Below, in pieces: positions 14,540 to 27,120 of a stretch of DNA of 64,000 nucleotides; within the stretch, counting starts at the first letter, position 1; each line of letters begins with the position of its first letter. Made by a program: the position numbers and the translations under genes. The DNA lies in the NCBI RefSeq assembly GCF_009914755.1, contig NC_060936.1; one strand, 5' to 3'. The DNA is from the human T2T-CHM13v2.0 reference genome, Homo sapiens. The notes under the pieces are model-generated. The model saw only the letters and a list, made by a program, of their open reading frames with translations. It did not search any database and was not told the origin of the DNA.

Positions 14540-14716
14540 TTAATTCAATAGTATTATAGTAAGTCAACTGGGTATAATATTGTTGAGCCATGAAAAGAAT
14601 ATGTATACAGGTTTATTGAACTGAACTATGAAGCAATATAGAAAAAATGATGTAATGGTAAGGCAAAATATGCAATTGTAAATACTCTATGATTACTACT
14701 GTATGATAATAACTAT
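14540..14716 (+). repeat. Local dispersed duplication, copy A (in old L1M-like sequence)
   Basis: About 90% identical by eye to 16664-16841. Confidence 0.9.
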
Positions 14717-15865
14717 GTACATGGGGCTATAAGCCTTCAAAGCAATGATAAGTGCACAGTTATAATTCTTCAAAGCAATAAGTTTTGTCAAGTTATGGAA
14801 ATTGGAGAACTTCTCACTCCATTGACCATACTTCCTGAAATGAATTTTTCATAATAATTGAAATATCTGCAGCATGCTCTTATTAATTACAATTCTTCAA
14901 TGTTAAATAACAAGAAAATTCATAGAAAAGAGATTCTTTTTCTTTCTACAACATAGAGGAAGCAGATTATAATCCTCCACAGTTTTGACTGTAATCACTT
15001 TCCTTAATTATATGCCATTAAATATTAAATTAGAATTGGTCAAATCTTTAAATAAATAATGTTATTACTGCTGTAACTAGCAGGTTATCTCCATCCTAAT
15101 TCCATACAGCACATAACTGTGGTTTATAAATGAATAAACACATTAACACTAGTGCTTAACCACATATAATAAAGAATACTCTTTTTACTTTCTTTTTCTA
15201 AATTATTTTTAATTTATTTTTAAGCTATGGGTAAAAAATGTGTATATTTATGGTATACAATATGAGGTACCAGCACAGGTATATACTGTGAAATGGCTAA
15301 GTCATGCCATTTGATGTATAGCAGAACATTCTTTTTCCAAATCATCTCTGTGCCACGCAAGAGAGTCCTGAAATAAAGTGAGTCTCTAGTAGATGTAATT
15401 AGCAGAGAAAAGTTGTTACTCCTCTCTGGAAGCCTCAGTGTGACTACAAGAGGCACTCCTATACAAATGCATCTGTTTCCAGTAGTTTGCCCATCCTAAG
15501 CAGAATCCTTCCGCAACTGAGTGACATGGTTGCACTACAATACGCCATCTGTATCCAGATTCTCATGTGCTGTTGGCCCTGTGGATTCTATTCCAAAGTC
15601 AGGTACCATCTTGACAGAACTGCAGGTTGAAGCAAAGACTAGTGCATGAGGTATTTATGGCTTAAAACAAGTTTCCAACTACATACTATCAAAAATGCAT
15701 TCTTGCTTAGCTGTTTAGTCTTAAGGAAAGTGGCAATAAGCTCATTGTTAATAAAGAAATTATTTATCATGCAGTGAGAAATATGGAACAGCTTGTTGGT
15801 CAGCCCTTCACAGAGCTGACATCACAGCATCACTGACAGTCTCCACCATCTTTTGTAATTACCAC

Positions 15866-16303
15866 TTTTTTATTATTATTATACTTTAAGTTCTGGGTTA
15901 CATGAGCAGAATGTGCAGTTTTGTTATATAGGTATACATGTGCCATGGTGGTTGGCTGCACCCATCAACTTGTCACCTATATTAGGTATTTCTCCTGTTA
16001 TCCCTCCCCTAGCCCCCCACCCCCTGACAGGCCCCAGTGTGTGATGTTCCCCTCCCTGTGTCCATGTGTTCTCATTGTTCAACTCCCACTTCTGAGTGAG
16101 AACATGCGGTGTTTGGTTTTCTGATCTTGTGATAGTTTGCTGAGAATGGTGGTTTCCAGCTTCATCCATGTCCATGCAAAGGACATGAACTCATCCTTTT
16201 TTATGGCTGCATAGTATTCCATGGTGTATATGTGCCACATTTTCTTAGTCCAGTCTATCATTGATGGACATTTGGGTTGGTTCGAAGTCTTTGCTATTGT
16301 GAA
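15866..16303 (-). mobile_element. 5'-truncated L1PA7-like 3' end
   Basis: ORF2 C-terminus ([16 protein letters not shown]) and 3'UTR; 14-bp TSD taattaccactttt at 15856-15869 and 16304-16317. Confidence 0.92.
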
Positions 16304-16663
16304 TAATTACCACTTTTATAGATGCTAAGAAATGTAGACAAGGTTACATGGCAAAATTCCATAAAATCAACAATAGCAAGTGAAAATTCATTATTCAAAG
16401 AACAGTGCCATCTACCAGCCATCATTCCCAGGTACAGCCTCTTCCCACTTCCTACTAAAATCTAAGCCTGAGAAATACACTATGCTTGATTCTAAAAGGC
16501 ATTTATATAAAAAAGAATTGGAATGAGAACAAGGTGGGGAGCCATCCATAGCCATACTCTGCGAGATTAACAAAGGAGCCCCAACTGACTAAAAAACAGG
16601 AGGGAGACATTTTACTCCAACCAGTTGCCCACACACCCAACCCTAGAAAGCAAAGGTCTGTGG

Positions 16664-16841
16664 TTAATTCAATAATTGAAAGACAACTGGGTATAATATC
16701 ATTGAGCCATTAAAAGAATATGTATATAGGTTTATTGACCTGAACTATGAAGCAATATCAAAAAAATTGATGTAATGGCAAGTTAAGGCAAAGCATGCAA
16801 TTGTAAATACCCTATGATTACTACTGTATGATAATAACTAT
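16664..16841 (+). repeat. Local dispersed duplication, copy B
   Basis: Matches 14540-14716; followed by an A-rich tract. Confidence 0.9.
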
Positions 16842-16999
16842 TCACAGGGAGAAACGAAATATATCAATATATCAATAAAACAAAATAAAAACAAAAAATC
16901 ACAGCCACTCCTATGTATTATGCACACTGATGTGTAAGGCAGGCCATGTACTACTCTAGTCCCTGCCCTTGAACCATGCTGGAATGTATAAGAAAGAGA

Positions 17000-18750
17000 T
17001 AAGAATGACAGTTGTACAGTCTATCCCAGAACCTAGAGATCTACATGTGAAGCATTAAGTCAGTGAGAAGCCTCATGGTAATAATGCTTGCTGGAGTTGT
17101 AAACTTTCTTATAATTCGTGAGTACCGGAAAACAAGACAAGGAAGATCCTACCTTATTGTGGGAGAAGAACACTAGAAGATGTAGGCAAAACCCTGGGAA
17201 CAGGCCTAGCCTATACTTACCAACTAAAGAAAGATTGAAATAACTTCCAAGTGAACAATGAACAGAGGCAAATGACCAAATGACATCTGTACAACATGTC
17301 TTCTAAAAAACACCAAGGACCTGAGATACTGCTGTTCAAAGATTTTTTAAAATGTGAATTCATACAATGTTACCTATAAGCATAATAGGTACTTTTCCAT
17401 AGCAAAATAGAGAAGGTTGTCTTGAAGGCTCAGAAAAACCTCCTGGAACCAGTCATTTCGGGAATTTTTGAAAAAGAGTTTTGCATCCTTAATGGTATAC
17501 AGAAGACATAGCCTTACTGAACAGGAACAGAAACCAGGAAAAGAACAGGATAAAATGACAATATAAGAGCTTTTGATGATTAAAAACAACAGGATGAACA
17601 GCAAAGACCAATCAGCAGAGACAAAACAGAGCAGGGTGAGATAAGGAACAATTGCAAGGAAATTAAATGTCCAATAGCAAAATGGATGAATAAATTGAAT
17701 AATCAACACAGTGACAAAATCAAATCAATAGGAGGATGCAGCAGACACTGTTGATGCAAATAGAAATCATGTTCTTCACAAACAGAAATCACCTTTTATT
17801 CAATATCCATACCTCAAGTAAGTCATCCTTTTCCCAGCTCAAGGGAAAGTCTCTACTAATGGTAGTCTCATTCCTCTTACTGTGATTAGTTTAAAGGAGG
17901 TCACATGACTTAGTTAAAGTCTGTGAGATCTGAGGGGAAGTCTGCTGAGAACTTCTGAGAAGAGTCTGCTCACTGACACAGGAAGAGGGCTGTTCTAGAA
18001 TGTGAGGCCATCTTGAGAAGAGGAGAGAAACTAGGGCAGGATCTCTACACTGGGCATGGCAGCTTCTGTTAGTTGTACTTGACAGAGTCTCGATATGCAG
18101 AACAAACTTGAGAAGCCCACCTTTAATGAAGAAAAAAGAACAAAGAAATGAAAGTTGTGAGAGAATAGAAAATATGATGGAAGATGAGGAACCTAGGAAA
18201 TTTCGGAGTTCCCTGTTGAAAACATAGAAAGAGTAACTGAAATCCAATCAATAAGCAAAGATATAATTTAAGAAAAATAATGTGGTGAAAAATCCTGATA
18301 ATTCAAACCAAAAGAGTTCACTGTGTTTTAAGTAAAGTTAATTTAAAGGAGTCCTATATTAACTTATCCTAGCAAATTTTACTTTTCATCTCTTTTTTTT
18401 CATAAAGAAAAACTGTGTAAGTATCTTGGTAGAAAAATAAAGAACATCTACTTCTGTACAAAAATAAGATTGGTACCATGCTTCTTTTTATGCAATTTCA
18501 AATGCCAAAGACAATGTCCTAACATCTACAAACACTAAATAACTTTACTTCTTGTTAAATTTTTATTCACATGGAAATACAATGGTAAAATGTTTTTTAA
18601 GATACGCAAAGGATCAGGAAACATATCAAGTAAATGTTCTTCTTTAAAATTTTACTTGAAAATGTCCAAATTCTAAATTATATATACAAAAATGAGAAGT
18701 TGCATTAGGAGTAAGTATAGTCCACAAAATTCCTTGCTTTACAAAGGAAT
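17000..18750 (+). mobile_element. Decayed L1M/HAL1 ORF1-like remnant
   Basis: Strong A-rich strand bias and ORF1-like motifs; boundaries approximate. Confidence 0.45.
17733..18125 (+). mobile_element. LTR16-like ERVL LTR
   Basis: tgcagcagacactgttgatgc...gtcacatgactt...gaggggaagtctgctg...ggccatcttg. Confidence 0.6.
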
Positions 18751-18841
18751 TAAAATATACTTTTTCATGAATTTTTCAATTATAAAAATACAAATTGAAG
18801 AATATTGTGGAAAGGGTTAAATGTATTTGGGAAAAGATTAA

Positions 18842-18912
18842 AATGACCAAATTTAGGAAGATAAGATAATGACCAAATTTAGGAAGATAAGATAATGACC
18901 AAATTTAGGAAG
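18842..18912. repeat. Perfect 26-bp tandem repeat x2.7 (aatgaccaaatttaggaagataagat)
   Basis: Units start at 18842, 18868 and 18894. Confidence 0.95.
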
Positions 18913-18937
18913 TTTCCAGCCATTATTTCTTCATATA

Positions 18938-19484
18938 CAGAAGACCCCCTTATCTACCATCTCACTTTCCATGGTTTCAGTTATCCACACTCAACCACAG
19001 TCTGAAAATATTAAATGGAAAATTCTGGAAATAAACCACACATACATTTTAAATTATGCACCATTCTGAAAAGCATGATGAAATCTCGTGCCATCTTGCT
19101 CCATCGCACCTGAGAGGTGAATCACCCCTTTGTCCAGTGTATCCATGCTGCACATGCAACCTGCCCACTAGCCACTTCCTAGTCGTCTTGGTTATCAGAT
19201 CAGCTGTCACAATATCGCAGTGCTTGTGTTCAAGTAATCCTTGTTTTAGTTAATAATGGCACCAACACACAAGAGTAGTGATACTGGCGTAAGGTTATAA
19301 TTGTTCTATTTTATTATTAGTTATAGTTAATCTCTTACTGTGCCTAATTTATATATTAAACTTCATCATATCTATGTATAGGAGAAAACATAGTATATAT
19401 AGGATCCGGTATTATCCATAGTTTCAGTCGTCCACTGGGAGGATCTTGGAATGTATTTCCCCCATGGATAAGAGGCAACTCTTA
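18938..19484 (+). mobile_element. MER44B (Tigger7-derived), full length
   Basis: TA-flanked; cag...ccccttatc start and ggataagaggcaactc end; ~550 bp; inserted in an L1M minus-strand fragment. Confidence 0.8.
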
Positions 19485-19915
19485 TACTTTTTCAGTCCCA
19501 CCTTCTACTCTTCTGCAGGAACCTCAACAATGCAAATGTTAGCACTTTGTTATTGTCCCACACATCCTTGATAATGTTCTTTTCTCTCAGTCCATTTTCT
19601 CTCTGTATTGTTCAGATTAGGTAAATCTAATCTGTCTGAATACCTGGATTTTCAAAAAGAGAGAAGTGAGGAAATCTTATTTAAATATATATTTCCCAGA
19701 TATTTCACTAAAAATTACTGAGACTTTTTTTTTCTCCAGAGTTCTTTGTATAACTAGGTCCTTGCTTTTCAGATCCAGGTTTAACTGTCAGTTTCACAGG
19801 AAGTTACTTCACGTTTACCTTCCTTATAGTCCCTTTCACAATCTGTAATTGCGTTGTTTGTATATTTTAATGGTTTATTTTCTGCTCCTTCCCCTAGAAA
19901 ATAAGCTCTATAAGG

Positions 19916-20306
19916 TGTTAAATCAAGTTTAGCCTAAAGCTGCCTCCTTACATATTTTAAGTTCAGCCTAAAGGTTTTACTGTACATCGTGAACTGTAAC
20001 AAGTTGAGGTGTAAGCAGACCACAGCCTACACTTGTGCAAATCACCAAGCAATCAAATGTAGCCAACTGTTTGAACCATGTTTAAATAAGGTAAACGCCA
20101 ACCTGTAACCTATCCAACTGTTTCTGTACCTCACTTCCGTTTTTTGTTTCCCACTTTCCCTTTTCGGTCTGTAAATCTTCTTCTACCACATGGCTGCACA
20201 GAAGCCTCAGAGCCTACCCTGTCACGGAGGCTGCCTGATTCGCAAATTGTTCATTGCTCAATTAAACTCCTTTATATTTAATTTGGCTGAAATTTTTCTT
20301 TTATCA
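19916..20306 (+). mobile_element. MER57-family ERV1 solo LTR inserted in L2
   Basis: TG...CA ends; tgttaaatcaagtttagcctaaagctgcctcc; 4-bp TSD aagg at 19912-19915 and 20307-20310. Confidence 0.88.
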
Positions 20307-20699
20307 AAGGGCAAGGACAATGTCTCCTTCACCATTGATTTGCACATTCAACGCATACTATTTTGAATAGAAACTGAATAAATGTATCAGCTACCTCACA
20401 CATGTCTGAGGAGAAACAACTGGCATTTCCCACATATTTTAATGATAGAGTCAGACCAAGAAGAAGTCGGGTAGAACATATGCACACAGCCTGGCGATTT
20501 TAAGATGTGTCACCCCTAAGAAGTAGAGCCCATTCGTGCTTCCTTCTGGCCTAGATGTGTCTAGAAGTCTTGATAAAATAAATTTTAACTGGTGTCCAAA
20601 AATAATTGAAGATTAATTTAAATCTTAATTTCAGTCTATTGAGGAAATACTGAAGAAGGTTTAGATTCACAAGACACAACAAATTCCTTAAAAGCCTCT

Positions 20700-20990
20700 T
20701 TTCTTAACTTTTGCTCATTTTCTCCCTCTCTATCCCCCTTCCCCTCCACCCTCTTCCTCTCTTTCTCCCCCATCACTCTCTCTTCCATATACACAGAAAC
20801 TGTCCCTCCCTTCCTCTCCACAATCCTCCCCTGCTCCAAGCTCCCAGGAGCCCATCCTCACCCAGCTACCACCACAAGCTCCCTTGCCCTTCCTCTTTGC
20901 CCCACTTGACATTGTAATTCTTCTTCTCTTACTCTTGGAATTTTTCCTGTTCCTCTGTTTCCCTGGTTCTTCACTTACCCATTGCCCTGA
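20700..20990. repeat. CT-rich low-complexity tract
   Basis: Pyrimidine-rich on plus strand. Confidence 0.7.
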
Positions 20991-21489
20991 TCTGCCTAAG
21001 AAAGGCCAAGGAGCTTACTGGTGAGGGTAGAATTCTCCTTTACTTGTAAATTTGAAGCAGAGGCCAAGTAGGCTAAGAGAAAAAGAGAATTCTCGCTATG
21101 GAGGGAAGGAAAGAGGGATGGTGCTGTGCAGGATAGAGACTATGAAGAAATAAAAATAAGTAGCTTCACTCTATCACAATGGCACTAAAACAAGCAAGTA
21201 CCAGATATCAAAGTATCCATATATCTTGGTATATTTCAAGACTTTGCTTTTCTCCCATTTTCAGTTGCTCCCTCTATCCCTTTCTCCTTCTGTATTATTT
21301 TTTCCTATGAGGCTTTCAATAAGGGTTTTCTAACTAATGAATAACAGCAACTGTGGGCTGAAACAGGAAATGATCTACCATATTATCTTACCTCTTTAAA
21401 GTCCCCGTGCACTAAGAAACATTAAAACATAGAGTGGGAAGATGAATCTAATTGTTGAAGGCACAATTAAACAGGCTTAAACAAACAGG

Positions 21490-21710
21490 CTTCAGGCATG
21501 GAAGAATAGCAGCATGGGTTACAGTCACAGGCTATGAAGGGTACCAGATCTAAATTGTCTCAATGCAACCACTTATTTTATCAGAAAATGGAGATAATAA
21601 TATGACTATGCCATAGGATTTTTTATGAGGATTAAATGGACACTTGAGGAAAAGTGTCATAACAATACCTGGCACATAGTCAAGTTCAAGGAATGTTAGT
21701 TGTTTCTGTG
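21490..21710 (+). mobile_element. MIR
   Basis: aaaatggagataataat...tgaggattaaatg...cctggcacatagt. Confidence 0.65.
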
Positions 21711-23438
21711 GTTGAATTAGACATAGACCAACTGGTCGTGTCCCAAAAAACAGAGAAGTGTGGGTTTATCAAAGGTAAGCAGGCTAAACAAAGTTGAGAC
21801 AAATGCATACTCACTAACCAAGGCCCTAATCACCATGTACTAAATGCCTTTCATTTAGCCTTTGCTTTTGTTTGCAAGTAAAGAACCTCACTGTGGTACT
21901 TTTCACTCATAGCAAAACTACACAAAATGTAGAGTCCAAAAGACACCTTGAGTTTTCCCTAAGGCGCAAAACAAGACTTTTGCACACTGAGAAATGCAGA
22001 GAGCCTACCTTCCACAGGGTTTGGACCAATGGACTGATGGCCGTGGTACTCATAGAAAATGTCACCCCTTTTGTTCTCATGGAGTTCCACTGGATTAAAA
22101 AAAAAAAGAGGGGGTGGGGGGCAAGTACAAAGACTTGAAGGCACCAGTGAGAGAAGGCGACTGTGTTTTATTAATCCATGTGATTAATCCAGCATGCTAA
22201 GGAAGATAGTTTACAGAATCAAAACTTGCATGTTTTGATCCACATGGATTAGGAAACTGCTGCATTCACTTGCCAGTACCTCTTCTGCTTTGTGCTTGAG
22301 TTTTATTCTTCAGGGTCCAGCAGGAACAAAAGAGAAAGAGTGTTTATGTGAGGGCCAGTAGCAGAGGCACTTTGACAATTGTCTTTCTCCCCCTCCCTCT
22401 CTGGGAGACACTTCCTGAATTTCCCAAGAACTAAGCCCCAGGTTTGTATTTGCATCATTTCTCCCCAAAAGCTGAACAGCTAAAAACTACCCCCCAAATG
22501 CAAATTTCTGTCAACCCATGAAAAGTGGTTTTCACCAACAGGAGGGATGGAAAAATCCCACTCCAAACACTTCGCAAGACAGTGGTGAGAATGACGCAGA
22601 AATATTCAAGGATCCAGTGGGAACCACCAGCCCTTCACGAGGGTGAGCAACCTGAAAGAGTCCTGTCGGCATCTGAAAGGTTTCTCACAAGCTTTAGTGT
22701 GAGAGGAATGGGAGACTTTGGATATGCCAAAGAAAGAGAAAGAAATCTTCAGGGAATCAGAGAGAGAGAGTTACCCAGCAAGGCTCAATCAGGCTTCACC
22801 GCTTTCCGTTGCCTATAATGTGATTCTGAAACCTAGCATGAAGTATACGTGTACAAACTAAGATGATTTGAATCCATTTCATCTCTTCTTATTCTACCTA
22901 GGAGAAGCAACAATGAGTCATCTGCACAAAACCTCTGTGGTCTACAATACAGCAGTCTCCAATATTTGTGAGACTTTTCAAAGAAGGAGTTGGTCTGAGG
23001 CTGCTATTAGTCCAGTAGAATGATGGTGTATGATAACAGTCACAGAAACCTTCCCAAAGCACATTTAGAAACATGAGAAGCACATGCCTTTCAGTTCTAG
23101 GGAGAATTACGGCTTCCAAGTGAAATTGGACTAGCCCAAGTAAAAGAGATCTCAGCTCCCCTCTCACCTTTCAGCCTCCCATCTGCCCATTTCTCCAAGT
23201 CATGGTCCCTATGCTACTTCAAAGACTGAGGCCAGAAGCTGGGAGACCTCCAAGGTAACATTCTGAGATCAACTGTTTGATAACAATCAATGCGGTTCAT
23301 CAGAAATCTGAAAGTTTGTGAGGCCACCCTTTTAGAAATAATTGTACACTGTAAGACTTTATCCATATTTTTCCTATAGCTGCCTCCAGTACCCAGAACA
23401 GTGTTTGGTGCAGAGTCAGCATTTAATAAATATTTGTT

Positions 23439-23874
23439 AGATTGGTAAATGCATATAAAATTATAGATAAATAGGAAGAATAAGTTGGGGCATTCTATTA
23501 CACGGTAGGGTAACTACAGTTAAGAATATTGTTTTGTTTTGTTTTGTAGAGATGGTGTCTCACTATATTGCCTAGGCTGGTCTCAAATTCCTGGGCTGAA
23601 GCAATCTTCTCAGGTTGGTCTCTCAAAGTGCTGGGATTTCAGGTGTGAACCACCATGCCTGGCCTATGGTTAACAATATTGTATTGTATATTATCAAATA
23701 ACTAGAAGAGGGGATTCTGAATGTTCTCACCAAAGAAATGATACATGTTTGAGTGATGGATAAGCTAATTACCCTGATGTATCATTACAAAATGAATACA
23801 TATATTAAACATCACAGTGTACCCCTCAAATATGTGCGATTACTATGTACCCATTACAAATAAAAATTTAAAAA
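23439..23874 (+). mobile_element. L1MA 3' end inserted in an L2 tail
   Basis: ctagaagaggggattctgaatgttctcaccaaagaaatgata 3'UTR; 15-bp TSD taataaatatttgtt at 23424-23438 and 23875-23889. Confidence 0.8.
23532..23664 (-). mobile_element. FLAM_C-like left Alu monomer nested in L1MA
   Basis: Single monomer; degenerate TSD at 23515-23532 and 23665-23682. Confidence 0.8.
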
Positions 23875-24699
23875 TAATAAATATTTGTTGAACTGTATCA
23901 TAGAACTCATTGTCAGCTGCTTCCTTGTCCTTAGAGTATTCCCCCTTTGAGAAAAATCACCATGACCAATATGTCTGTGTATACCCAGCTCCTAGCAGAG
24001 CACTCAGCACATAGCAAGTTGTCAGTAAGTGTTGGCTAAATCTGTGGTCTGTGGCATAATCTGCTTATGAGCAGTCTTACCATATGGATCTCTGAAGAGC
24101 GTGATTTGTGTTTGTATGTGTAGGTGTGTTTGCACATACATGCATACACTCTTGTCTGCATATACTTCTGTATTGGTGTATGTATCTGGCTCTGAAGGCA
24201 GCAGCATGAAGGAAAATGAGAAGTCAGATGTCATACATTTTGGCTGGTCATTGACCCGCCCATCTGAAAGGAAGATGATCATTTCTACAACATTCTGCTT
24301 GTTGACCATCCAGGTTCTCATCAGTTGACTGAAGAATATTTTTTAAATGGGAATTCGATTATCCAGTCTCTTCCTCTACCTCCTCCTGCTGTATAGCCAA
24401 GGAGATGAACCCAGAGAGGTTAAACAGTTTGTACAAGGTCACACAGCCAGTGGTTGAGCTAGGCCTGGATCCCCAATAGCCTTACCACCTCCTCATTCCT
24501 CACATCTCAGCACCCTAGTTTGAGCACCATGACTCTAGAAAAACAGTTTTTGTCAATTTTAGCAAGACATCCTAGCTGTTAAATCAAATAGGCATTCTTA
24601 GTACATTTCTTAATTGTCCTCCCTTAGTATTGGATGCTAACTATCCTTTCCCTTTTCTTGAAACTCATGAAATCCTTTGAATGCAGTAAAAATAATGCT

Positions 24700-24920
24700 A
24701 GTAATTACTGAACATTAAATATGGGCCAGGCACTGTTTCAAGGACTTTAACTATATTGTGACATTCATCTCTCACAATAAATCCTAGGAGTTAGATATTA
24801 TCATGATCCTCATTTTAACTCAAGGTAAGTAAAGTGCAGAGACATTAAGCCCAAAGTCAATGGCTAATTAGGAATTCAAACTTAAAAGTCTAACTCCTGA
24901 CTGGGCGCTTCTAACCACAA
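24700..24920 (-). mobile_element. MIR
   Basis: ggccaggcactgttt...ctcacaataaatcctaggagttagatattatc...ggaattcaaac. Confidence 0.65.
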
Positions 24921-25216
24921 TGCCTCCTGTTAGCTTCTGTTCCTTCCCTACCTTTCTAGGTCACATGGCTTCTCAGCTTCCTCCCTTTTATGCCTCCTCC
25001 CTTCTCTTGATCATCTCATCCACTCTCAAGAATTGCTTATCACCTCCTGATGACTCCATAACTTTTTACTCTAGCTCAGATCTTAATTCTAAGTCACAAA
25101 CAAACAGGAACCTTTTTAAACATGCCCACTAGAATGTCTGTATCTATTCAGGTGTATTAGGCAAAATGGTCTCCTTTGTTAACTTCTGTTCAGCTGGAAG
25201 AAATTAGATGTAGCTT

Positions 25217-26136
25217 AATCCAGTCTATCATTGTTGGACATTTGGGTTGGTTCCAAGTCTTTGCTATTGTGAATAGTGCCGCAATAAACATACGTGTCCA
25301 TGTGTCTTTATAGCAGCATGATTTATAGTCCTTTGGGTATATACCCAGTAATGGGATGGCTGGGTCAAATGGTATTTCTAGTTCTAGATCCCTGAGGAAT
25401 TGCCACACTGACTTCCACAATGGTTGAACTAGTTTACAGTCCCACCAACAGTGTAAAAGTGTTCCTATTTCTCCACATCCTCTCCAGCACCTGTTGTTTC
25501 CTGACTTTTTAATGATTGCCATTCTAACTGGTGTGAGATGGTATCTCATTGTGCTTTTGATTTGCATTTCTCTGATGGCCAGTGATGGTGAGCATTTTTT
25601 CACGTGTTTTTTGGCTGCATAAATGTCTTCTTTTGAGAAGTGTCTGTTCATGTCCTTCGCCCACTTTTTGATGGGGTTGTTTGTTTTTTTCTTGTAAATT
25701 TGTTTGAGTTCATTGTAGAGTGGCACATATACACCATGGAATACTATATACACCATGGAATACTATGCAGCCATAAAAAATGATGAGTTCATGTCCTTTG
25801 TAGGGACATGGATGAAATTGGAAATCATCATTCTCAGTAAACTATCGCAAGGACAAAAAAACCAAACACCGCATGTTCTCACTCATAGGTGGGAATTGAA
25901 CAATGAGAACACATGGACACAGGAAGGGGAACATCACACTCTGGGGACTGTTGTGGGGTGGGGGGAGGGAGAGGGATGGCATTAGGAGATATACCTAATG
26001 CTAAATGACGAGTTAATGGGTGCAGCACACCAGCATGGCACATGTGTACATATGTAACTAAACTGCACATTGTGCACATGTACCCTAAAACTTAAAGTAT
26101 AATAATAATAAAATAAAAAATAATAATAATAATAAA
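25217..26136 (+). mobile_element. 5'-inverted (twin-primed) L1PA3-like insertion
   Basis: Inverted ORF2 C-terminal piece 25217-25719 ([18 protein letters not shown]); sense 3' end 25720-26136; 19-bp TSD aagaaat(t/g)agatgtagctt at 25198-25216 and 26137-26155. Confidence 0.95.
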
Positions 26137-26660
26137 AAGAAATGAGATGTAGCTTTATAATGTTCCATTTTCTGTTCTCTTCATGCCACATGGGGAGGTT
26201 TCTTAATGCAAAAATAGCAATCTAATCCCTACTTGTTATTTTAAGTAAATCCATATTTGTTGCTTTTAACCAAAGAGTTAAGTATGTTATAAGAGGAATG
26301 CTCCATCTGTCTGCTGCAGGCAAGGTCCCAGTTGCTCAGCCATTTGGGACTCCGAAAACTCCTTCTTTGATCATTGCCATCATACTGGGCCTGGCATCTG
26401 ACATCATGATCATAACTAGGAGAGAAAAATGAGGGGCTGATGCTCCACTGATGAGGGAATAACATGGAGTCAGTCTTCACCAAAAACTCCAAGTTTCTTT
26501 TGTGGATCAGTTTTAACCCCTTTCATTGGCCAGTTCAGCCAGGTGCTATATTTGCTGTAGCATTCATTTACAAATAAGGCCAAGTAACAACGTTATTCAT
26601 AGAATAAATTTAGGCAGCAGTAAGCCTGAGGTTGTTTACCACCACTGAAACTCTAGGTGC

Positions 26661-27120
26661 TGTTATCAATTAGTGTTTGCTGTGTAATAAACCATTCTAA
26701 AACATAACTTTTTAAAATTATTATTTTCCAAGATTCTGTCGGTTGACTGGGGTGTTCTGCTCTGAGTCTGCTCATCTTAAGCTGGATATTTTAGGATGAC
26801 CACCTTGTATGTCTAAAAATTGGTAGACTGGTTGGTACAGTAGGGGCTTCACTCACATGTCTGCTGTCATTTGGGGTGACGACTCCATGTTTCTCATCAT
26901 CTTAGGCTCATTCATAGAATGACATAAGGGTTTCCATCAGCAAGAGGGCAAACCCCAATACTTTTAAATTACCTACTTATGTAATATGTTTTAATGTTTC
27001 ATTAGCCAGAACAAGTCATGTGGTCAAGCTGAGATCCAAAGGATAGAGAAATAAACTCCACCTCTTAATGGGAAGAGTGACATTCAAGAGACCAATGAAT
27101 TATCATGGACATTTTTGCAA
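26661..27120 (-). mobile_element. MLT1 (MaLR) LTR
   Basis: tttgctgtgtaataaacc...caagtcatgtggtcaag...actccacctcttaatgggaagag. Confidence 0.7.

Noticed and set aside
18842-18912. CRISPR-like repeat
   Set aside because: Units are contiguous with no unique spacers, the context is eukaryotic and there are no cas genes.
20636-20917. Glu/Gly- and Pro-rich ORFs
   Set aside because: Artefacts of the CT-rich low-complexity tract.
25190-25756. 188-aa ORF as a host gene
   Set aside because: It is the inverted L1 ORF2 C-terminus read across the twin-priming junction.
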